10,068 bases of DNA from Octopus sinensis (lineage: Eukaryota), in the NCBI RefSeq assembly GCF_006345805.1, contig NW_021827721.1:1-10068 (forward strand), written 5' to 3'. Within the stretch, counting starts at the first letter, position 1. Each line of letters begins with the position of its first letter. Below the pieces are notes generated by a model. That model searched no databases, was not told the DNA's origin, and saw nothing but the letters and a program-made list of their open reading frames with translations. A program made the translations under genes and the position numbers. Shown here one piece after another: positions 1 to 7,127 of this stretch.

Positions 1-57
1 GTTCCGTTGATTCGGATCAACCGGAACCCTCGTCGTCGTAACCGACGGAGTGCTTCC
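1..57 (+). mobile_element. 3' tail of SINE family B (cut by the window start)
   Basis: GTTCCGTTGAT...CCCTCGTCGTCGTAACCGACGGAGTGCT matches the reverse complement of 4984-5039, the 3' end of the full family B copy. Confidence 0.8.
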
Positions 58-198
58 ACCAGACTTGATATAAAAGAAAGATGATAAAGTTTGTGAGCAA
101 TGTTAGTGTGACAATCAAATTTCCCGTATTTTAAGATAAATTTTTAAGTCGCTCAGACTAGATTTAATCAGATTCACGTGTCTTCAGTCTGAATATTT

Positions 199-392
199 GC
201 AGGAGTGGCTGTGTGGTAAGTAGCTTGTTTACCAACCACATGGTTCCAGGTTCAGTCCCACTGCGTGGCATCTTGGGGAAGTGTCTTCTACTATAGCCCC
301 GGGCCGACCAATGCCTTGTGAGTGGATTTGGTAGACGGAAACTGAAAGAAGCCCGTCGCATATATGTATATACATATATGTATATTTTGTGT

Positions 393-430
<38 letters not shown>

Positions 431-640
431 ATGTTTGTGTGTCTGTGTCTGTCACCCCAACATCGCTTGACAACCGATGCTGGTGTGTTTTGTCCCCGTC
501 AATAGCGGTTCGGCAAGAGAGACCTATAGATTAAGTACTAGGCTTACAAAGAATAAGTCCTGGGGTTGATTGAAGGCGGTGCTGCAGCATGGTCGCAGTC
601 AAATGACTGAAACAAATAAATGAATAAAAGAAAGAAAAGA
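199..640 (+). mobile_element. tRNA-derived SINE family A (CORE-SINE-like), near full length, with internal (TA)/(TG) microsatellite
   Basis: Colinear with copies at 4575-4983 and 9417-9826. It has A-box-like TGGCTGTGTGG, B-box-like GGTTCAGTCCC, a CORE-like CTTGGG(C/G)AAGTG segment, an internal dinucleotide tract and an A-rich 3' end. The CORE/octopus assignment is from memory of these families. Confidence 0.85.
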
Positions 641-647
641 ATATAAT

Positions 648-822
648 CGCTTTCAAATTTTGGCACAAAGCCAGCAAGTTCTGAAGATGGGATAAAGTCG
701 ATTATACCAACACCAGTGATTGACTGGTTCTTATTTTATCGACCCAGAAAGAATGAAAGGCAAATTCGACTTCGGCGGAATTTGAACTTAGAACGCATGA
801 CGACGGACGAAATGCCGCTAAG
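648..822 (-). mobile_element. SINE family C, 5'-truncated, reverse orientation
   Basis: 723-822 is the reverse complement of 868-965 (TTTGAAC = B-box GTTCAAA; GAAAGGCAAA = TTTGCCTTTC). The tail TTCAAATTTTGGCACAAAGCCAGCAA recurs inverted at 8647-8677. Confidence 0.8.
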
Positions 823-830
823 AATAGTTA

Positions 831-1351
831 TCGAGCTGGCAGAATCGTTAGCACGCCGGGCGAAATGCTTAGCAGTATTTCGTATGCCGTTACGTTCTGA
901 GTTCAAATCCGCCGAGGTCGACTTTGCCTTTCATCCTTTCGGGGTCGATTAAATAAGTGCCAGTTACGCACTGGGGTCGATATAATCGACTTAATCCCTT
1001 TGTCTGTCCTTGTTTGTACCCTCTGTGTTTGGCCCCTTATGGGTAGTAAAGAAACAGGTATTTCGTCTGCCGCTACGTTCTGAGTTCAAATTCCGCCGAG
1101 GTCGACTTTGCCTTTCATCCTTTTGGGGTCAATTAAATAAGCACGCTGGACGAAATGCTTAGCGGTATTTCGTCTGCCGTTACGTTCTGAGTTCAAATTC
1201 CGCCGAGGTCGACTTTGCCTTTCATCCTTTTGAGGTCGATAAATTAAGTACCAGTTACGCAGTGGGGTCGATGTAATCGACTTAATACCTATGTCTGTCC
1301 TTGTTTGTCCCCTCTATGTTTAGCCCCTTGTGGATTATAAAGAAATAGGTA
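831..1351 (+). mobile_element. SINE family C tandem multimer (complete unit, partial unit, complete unit)
   Basis: The block GTATTTCGT..CGTTCTGAGTTCAAA(T)TCCGCCGAGGTCGACTTTGCCTTTCATCCTTT occurs at ~874, 1057 and 1164. The head has A-box-like TGGCAGAATCG and B-box GAGTTCAAAT. Confidence 0.85.
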
Positions 1352-1461
1352 CCTATTTTATCTATTTCGAAAGGACGGGAAGCTAAGTCGGCCCCGGCGA
1401 ATTTGAACCCAGAATATAAAAGATATACGAAATGCCGTAGAGGATTTCGCCCGGCGTGCTA
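1352..1461 (-). mobile_element. Degenerate SINE family C head, reverse orientation
   Basis: CGGCGAATTTGAACCCAGAA...TACGAAATGCCG...ATTTCGCCCGGCGTGCTA is the reverse complement of the family C head (TAGCACGCCGGGCGAAAT...). Confidence 0.7.
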
Positions 1462-1682
1462 TCATCATCTTTTAATATAACACAATATAATAAGTGTTTT
1501 CTGCACATGTACATATGTTCTGTACCATCTCTGCCCTCTTTCCAAAGTACTCTTCAAACCAGTACCAGTACCACCACCACTACCAGCACCAGCACCATCA
1601 CCTGTATGCACTTTTTCACCTCTGTCGTCTGTTGCTCCCCTGTCTGTCTGTCTGTCTTCTCCATCGATCGCCATGTCTTCCA

Positions 1683-1742
1683 CTCACATTTCTTTTCTCC
1701 CTCCGCTTCTCTTTCTGCAGCTGTCGATGTCTGTCTGTGAGT
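1683..1742 (+). other. Textbook 3' splice site with possible 16-nt microexon (1721-1736)
   Basis: Branch-like CTCAC at 1683-1687, ~30-nt pyrimidine tract without AG, TGCAG ending at 1720, and donor-like GTGAGT at 1737-1742. There is no expression evidence. Confidence 0.25.
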
Positions 1743-1744
1743 CT

Positions 1745-2099
1745 GTAGTAGTAGTAGTAGTAGTAGTAATAGTAATAGTAGTAGTGGTGGTGGTGGTAGT
1801 AGTAGTGGTGGTGGTGGTGGTGGTAGTAGTAGTGGTGGTGGTGGTGGTAGTAGTACTGGTGGTGGTGGTGGTGGTAGTAGTACTTGTGGTGGTGGTAGTG
1901 GTACTGTTGGTAGTGGTAGTAGTACTTGTGGTGGTGGTGGTAGTAGTCGTAGTAGTAATAGTAGTAGTGGTGGTGGTGGTGGTGGTAGTAGTCGTAGTAG
2001 TAATAGTAGTAGTGGTGGTGGTGGCGGTGGTAGTAGTAGTAGTAGTAGTCGTAGTAGTAGTGGCGGTGGTAGTAATAGTAGTAGTAGTAGTAGTAGTAG
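1745..2099. repeat. Compound trinucleotide microsatellite (GTA)n/(GTG)n
   Basis: Directly visible, about 118 triplets in one phase with scattered variants (ATA, CTG, CTT, GTC, GCG). Confidence 0.95.
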
Positions 2100-2212
2100 G
2101 TAGGTATGTGCTGCGTATGCGGTGTGATGTGAAGACGTGTGTTGGCGGAGACACGTACGTTTTCGAGGTGTGTTCTGTCTATGTTTTCCAACACAAACAT
2201 AACCGGAAGAAG

Positions 2213-2326
2213 TTATCCAGTGTAAGCCAAGGTCATGGCGTATGACAGTCCACCGGCACCTAATGCGCTGCTCGGATGGCGCAGGAGTTCCAAGAGACGG
2301 GGCGAGGACTCGTGGCAGCTGGATGT
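2213..2326 (-). other. Candidate terminal coding exon ([37 protein letters not shown]), unassigned
   Basis: GC/CpG-rich sequence not repeated in this window. Minus-strand acceptor-like CTTTCACACCTACGCAG precedes it, and 37 codons run to TAA. I do not recognise a homologue. Confidence 0.15.
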
Positions 2327-2425
2327 CTGCGTAGGTGTGAAAGATAGTGTTAAGTATATAGGAAATGGCGGCGTGATATTAACAAAACTTTTGTGGTATC
2401 TCTTTCTATCGTGTTGTCATTTCAG

Positions 2426-2456
<31 letters not shown>

Positions 2457-2471
2457 GTATATGCATATACG

Positions 2472-2530
<59 letters not shown>

Positions 2531-3193
2531 GTGTGTGTGTGTGTGTGTATATATATATGTGTGTATGTGTATATATGTGTGTATGTGTATGTGTGTGTGT
2601 GTGTATGTGTGTGTATATATGTGTATGTGTGTGTGTGTGTATATATGTGTGTGTGTGTGTGTATATATGTGTATGTGTGTGTGTATGGTGTGTGTGTGTA
2701 TATATGTGTATGTGTGTGTGTGTGTGTGTATATATGTGTATATATATATATTTATATATGTATTTATATATATGTATGTATATATGTGTGTGTGCATATA
2801 TGTGTATATATATATATTTATATATATGTATTTATATATATGTATATATATGTATGTGTATATATGTATGTATGTATTTATATATATGTATATATATGTA
2901 TGTATTTATATATATGTATATATATGTATGTATTTATATATATGTATATATATGTATGTATATATGTGTATATATGTATGTATGTATTTATATATATGTA
3001 TATATATGTATGTATTTATATATATGTATATATATGTATGTATATATGTGTATATATGTATGTATATATGTGTATATATGTATGTATGTAAGTATATATA
3101 TATATGTTTATATATGTATGTATATATGTTTATATATATATATATATGTGTATATATGTATATATGTGTGTGTATATATGTTTATATATGTAC

Positions 3194-3231
<38 letters not shown>

Positions 3232-3275
3232 ATTTATGTATGTATGTATGTATGTATATGTTTATATATGTATGT
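2426..3275. repeat. ~850-bp compound microsatellite (CT)n-(AT)n-(GT)n-(GTAT)n
   Basis: Directly visible. It explains the long Y/I/C/V/M/H/T ORFs in the ORF track. Confidence 0.97.
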
Positions 3276-3588
3276 ACTGATACCGAGGTCCCTCACTGTT
3301 TGTGACTCTGGGATTGTAGTACCTTCAGGTCCTGTAAATGCCGGTTATGGAGCATTTGTGATCTTATAGTGCAGTACTTGAAATTTTTCAGCATTAAATT
3401 GCATATTGTTTTGCTCTGCCTTCTTGTATATTGCATTAGGATGTTTTATTCCCTGTGATAATTCTGTATCATCGGCGTGTCTAGTGACAGTGGCTGTCTG
3501 AGTGAGTGGGGGCATGTCTAAGAAGGCTACTATAAACATTAATGGCTCTAAGACAGTTTCCCTGAGTGACACCGTTTCCGATGAAGGG
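3276..3588 (-). pseudogene. Decayed LINE reverse transcriptase fragment (CR1/L2/Jockey-type)
   Basis: The minus strand reads GVTQG, then a +1 frameshift, then TVLEPLMF...RHADDTEL...NNMQFNAEKFQVL...stop...VRDLGI. These match the GVPQGTVLGPLLF, YADDTK, N.M.FN..K and (E/V)KDLGV motifs of this RT group. Catalytic YADD is degraded to HADD. Confidence 0.8.
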
Positions 3589-3820
3589 ATATAATAAATA
3601 TCCTAGAAACAGCTGTAAGACCTTCTATCTATAAATTTTCTAAAATCTACACAGTTTTTTTTTTTTTATCTCATTACGAAAAAATGTTTTTATATACACA
3701 CGCTGACATATGACTAAAGTTGAACCCCTTATTCGCATAATCACCGATATTAGAACTTAACTATGGTCTATACAACATTACCTGACCCCTCTGGGTCTCA
3801 TTGACACCATAACCTCTCAT

Positions 3821-3823
<3 letters not shown>

Positions 3824-3910
<87 letters not shown>
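3824..3910. repeat. (CT)n(AT)n microsatellite
   Basis: Directly visible. Confidence 0.95.
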
Positions 3911-3914
3911 TATG

Positions 3915-4095
3915 ACTTTTCCAAGAAATCTAATGCTCGTAGCTTAGTTTTTCCTTGGGGTTGGCCGGATCGGAGCGATCTCAAGATTAATCAGCCGAAA
4001 TTGCGAGGATGATCCGGTTCTTGACTGAAGATTAGAGGCTTCGAATGGCCCGTCCGGTTTTTTGTGTCGTCTCTTTGAGTGTTTTGCGTTCTTGT
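3915..4095. other. Unclassified CpG-rich segment with internal hairpin, probably a repeat fragment
   Basis: Its composition differs sharply from the AT-rich flanks. Inverted CCGGATC (3965-3971) and GATCCGG (4011-4017). No second copy in the window. Confidence 0.25.
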
Positions 4096-4097
4096 CC

Positions 4098-4312
4098 CAT
4101 TTTGTATTTTTATATATTTTTTATATATATTTTTATACATATATATATATATATTTTATATATATATATATATGTATATGTATGTACGACGGATTTTTTT
4201 CAGTTTCCATCGATCAAATCCACTCACAAGACTTTGGTTGGCCTAGGCTATAGTAGAAGACGGAACTATGTGGTTGGGAAGCAAGCTACTTACCACACAG
4301 CCACGACTGCGC
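4098..4312 (-). mobile_element. SINE family A 5' half, reverse orientation, with ~35-bp internal deletion
   Basis: 4186-4312 is the reverse complement of the family A head and body. The segment between AGAAGAC and GGAAC (B-box and CORE start) is missing. 4098-4185 probably corresponds to its internal AT microsatellite. Confidence 0.8.
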
Positions 4313-4396
4313 TAGATTTTAAAACTTATTTTAGTTTCAGCTGAACGTATTTGCAATAGTTAAGTTAGTGCCATTACCTATAATGTAGGGAGGGGA

Positions 4397-4475
4397 AATT
4401 AATTAATTAATCAATTAATTAATTAATTAATCAATTAATTAATTAATTAATTAATCAATTAATTAATTAATTAAT
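4397..4475. repeat. (AATT)n palindromic tetranucleotide tract with periodic TCAA interruptions
   Basis: Directly visible; interruptions at ~4411, 4431 and 4455. Confidence 0.95.
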
Positions 4476-4574
4476 ATTACATTATCTAACCTCTTAGTAA
4501 TACTTAAGTCCTAAAATGATTAATTAAAAAGCTAATTAATTAATGAATATGCGTCGAAGAAACCAATAATATTG

Positions 4575-4736
4575 GTCATGCGTGGCTGTGTGGTAAGAAG
4601 CTTGTCTCTCATCCACATGGTTCCGGGTTCAGTCTCACTGCACTGCACCTTGGGCAAATATCTTCTACTTTAGTCTCTGGGCGACGAAAGCCTTGTGAGC
4701 GGATTTGGTGGACAGAAACTGAAAGAAGCCCGTTGT

Positions 4737-4775
<39 letters not shown>

Positions 4776-4983
4776 TGTGTGTGTGTCTGCGTTTGTCCTC
4801 CACCGCCACTTGACAAACGGTGTTGGTGTGTTTACGTTTCGGTAACTTGGCGATTCGGCAAAAGAGATGGATAGAATAAAGTCCCAAGCTTTAAAAAAAA
4901 CAGTACTGTGTTTGTTTAGTTCGACTAAAAATTCTTCAAGGCGGTGCCCCAGCATGGACGCATTCCAGTGACTCAAACATGTA
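4575..4983 (+). mobile_element. SINE family A, older diverged copy; its 3' tail resumes at 5362-5385 after an insertion
   Basis: Colinear with 199-640 but with more substitutions. It is interrupted at TCAAACATGTA by a family B copy. Confidence 0.85.
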
Positions 4984-5361
4984 GGAGCACTCCGTCGGTT
5001 GCGACGATGAGGGTCCCAGCTGATACGATCAACGGAACAGCTCGTGAAATTAACGTGCAAGTGGCTGAGCACTCCACAGACACGTGTACACTTAACGTAG
5101 TTCTCGAGGAGATTCAGCGTGACACAGAGAGTGACAAGGCTGGTCCTTTGAAATACAGGTACAACAGAAACAGGAAGTAAGAGTGAGAGAAAGTTGTGGT
5201 GAAAGAGTACAGCAGGGATCACCACCACCCCCTGCCGGAGCCTCGTGGAGCTTTAGGTGCTTTCGCTCAATAAACACTCACAATGCCCGGTCTGGGAATC
5301 GAAACCGTGATCCTCCGACCGCGAGTCCGCTGCCCTAACCACTGGGCCATTGCGCCTCCAC
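4984..5361 (-). mobile_element. Full-length tRNA-derived SINE family B with target-site duplication
   Basis: The minus-strand head GTGGAGGCGCAATGGCCCAGTGGTTAGGGCAGCGGAC...GGTTTCGATTCCC carries A and B boxes. It is flanked by identical TCAAACATGTA (4973-4983 and 5362-5372). Confidence 0.9.
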
Positions 5362-5405
5362 TCAAACATGTAAAAGATTAAAGACTAACATTGGTTTCTA
5401 AGTAA

Positions 5406-5524
5406 GGGAACGAGCTGACAAAATTTTTAACAAGCCGGACAAAATGCTAGGCGACATTTCGTCCGTCTTCGCGTTCTGATTCAAATTCCTCCGTGGTCGA
5501 CTTTACCTTTCATCGTTTCGGGGG
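5406..5524 (+). mobile_element. Degenerate SINE family C head, 3'-truncated
   Basis: CGAGCTGAC...AAATGCTAGGCG.CATTTCGTC...CGTTCTGATTCAAATTCC...GGTCGACTTTACCTTTCATC aligns to 832-945. Confidence 0.7.
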
Positions 5525-5544
5525 AACTAGCGTACTAGCCTCTC

Positions 5545-5634
5545 TGCCGCCTCGGGTGCGGATTTTTTTTTTTTTCCCACAAGAGTTCCGGACACCAGTT
5601 ATGAACTCATTTGCATACAGCCAATCAGAGCTCA
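5545..5634 (+). repeat. Left arm of ~90-bp inverted repeat
   Basis: 5603-5634 GAACTCATTTGCATACAGCCAATCAGAGCTCA is an exact reverse complement of 8281-8312. The outer ~55 bp match with mismatches. Confidence 0.95.
5609..5625 (+). promoter_or_regulatory. Octamer (ATTTGCAT) plus NF-Y-type CCAAT box motif pair
   Basis: ATTTGCAT at 5609-5616 and AGCCAATCAG around 5621-5625; a second GGCCAATCAG at 5687-5691. Motif match only; function untested. Confidence 0.35.
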
Positions 5635-5749
5635 GCTTTCAAACTAATTTATGAACGCATAGCAAGTGATGAGCGATAAAATACGGCCAATCAGAGTTCA
5701 ACTTTCAAACTAATTTATGAACCCATAGCAAGTGATGAGCGATAAGATA
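5620..5749 (+). repeat. 66-bp tandem duplication (2 copies)
   Basis: GCCAATCAGAG.TCA.CTTTCAAACTAATTTATGAAC.CATAGCAAGTGATGAGCGATAA.ATA starts at 5620 and 5686. Confidence 0.95.
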
Positions 5750-5959
5750 AGGTCACTTGGGTAAGGAACGACCATGCTTCCTTTCTCTTTTAATAATGCT
5801 TGTTGTTCTTGTTTCAACCATGGCTGACTCTGCGCAGTTATTTGTGTTGCTATTTACTTTGCAAAACACTGAGGGGTGAGGATTGCTAGCACAGCACTCT
5901 CTACCCGCATTTTTCCCATTCACATCTTTACCATATGGGATCTTAACAAAATCCGATAA

Positions 5960-7127
5960 TATTGGGTTGTCCGGAAAGTTCGTGCCGATTTATAGTAGCT
6001 TACCTTTCGACTTATTTTAGAACATGGTTGAGTTCATAAAATAGGATTTGACTATACCTCCATTTAGAGCACAGTTTAAGCTAGCTCTGCTTTTCTCTCA
6101 AGATATTTGGTTGTCTGGAAAGTTTGTGCCGATTTATAGTAGCTTACCTTTCGACTTATTTTAGAACATGATTGAGTCCATAAAATAGGATTTGACTCCA
6201 CCTCCATTTAGAGCACAGTTTAAAGAGCACAGTTTAAGCTAGCTCTGCTTTTCTCTCAAGATATTGGGTTGTCTGGAAAGTTCGTGCCGATTTATAGTAG
6301 CTTACATCTCGACTTATTTTAGAATATGGTCGAGTCCATAGAATAGGATTTCACTACACCTCCATTTAGAGCACAGTTTAAGCTAGCTCTGCTTTCCTCT
6401 CAAGATATTGGGTTGTCTGGAAAGTTTGTGCCGATTTATAGTAGCTTACCTTTCGACTTATTTTAGAATATGGTCGAGTCCATAGAATAGGATTTGACTC
6501 CACCTCCATTTAGAGCACAGTTTAAGCTAGCTCAGCTTTTCTCTCAAGATATTGGGTTGTCCGGAAAGTTCGTGCCGATTTATAGTAGCTTATATTTCGA
6601 CTTATTTTAGAACATGGTTGAGTCCATAAAATAGGATTTGACTACACCTCCATTTAGAGCCCAGTTTAAGCTAGCTCTGCTTTTCTCTCAAGATATTGGG
6701 TTGTCCGGAAAGTTCGTGCCGATTTATAGTAGCTTACCTTTCGACTTATTTTAGAACATGGTCGAGTCCATAAAATAGGATTTGACTCCACCTCCGTTTA
6801 GAGTACAGTTTAAGCTAGCTCTGCTTTTCTCTCAAGATATTGGGTTGTCTGGAAAGTTTGTGCCGATTTATAGTAGCTTACCTTTCGACTTATTTTAGAA
6901 CATGGTCGAGTCCATAAAATAGGATTTGACTCCACCTCCATTTAGAGCACAGTTTAAGCTAGCTAGCTCTGCTTTTCTCTCAAGATATTGGGTTGTCCGG
7001 AAAGTTCGTGCCGATTTATAGTAGCTTACCTTTCGACTTATTATAGAACATGGTGGAGTCCATAAAATAGGATTTGACTCCACCTCCATTTAGACACAGT
7101 TTAAGCGAGCTCTGCTTTTCTCTCAAT
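5960..7127 (+). repeat. 144-bp tandem array (8 units) derived from the mariner left end
   Basis: Units start at 5960, 6104, 6262, 6406, 6550, 6694, 6838 and 6986 (lengths 144, 158, 144, 144, 144, 144, 148, 142). Each unit is TA + TIR + subterminal sequence (124 bp in all) + a 20-bp extra segment. Confidence 0.97.

Noticed and set aside
191-644. GAATAT (191-196 and 639-644) as a TSD of the first SINE A
   Set aside because: Only 6 bp in AT-rich sequence and not flush with the 5' end; too weak to call.
164-952. Short ORFs overlapping SINEs (also 4045-5277, 6895-7089, 7700-8035, 8509-8712 and 9378-9837)
   Set aside because: They are chance frames in repeats whose other copies do not preserve them.
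1616-2245. Poly-Val, poly-Thr (mucin-like) and poly-Tyr/His ORFs
   Set aside because: They are translations of a (GTA)/(GTG) microsatellite. Triplet slippage preserves phase without selection, and there is no supporting non-repetitive domain.
2235-3369. Long ORFs of 126-356 aa
   Set aside because: Alternating Y/I/V/C/M/H/T sequences arise from stop-free dinucleotide repeats.
3990-4060. Hammerhead ribozyme (CTGAAGA at 4025-4031, GAAA at ~3997)
   Set aside because: No GAAA follows a stem II downstream (CGAAT instead), and the required stems I and III could not be paired.
5285-5361. tRNA gene on the minus strand (also the SINE heads at 199, 831, 4575 and 9417)
   Set aside because: A and B boxes are present, but the sequence continues into SINE bodies (with a TSD in the family B case) and I could not build a complete cloverleaf.
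5609-5760. Histone or snRNA gene promoter
   Set aside because: No histone ORF, snRNA sequence or clear TATA/PSE lies nearby, and the motifs sit within an inverted repeat.
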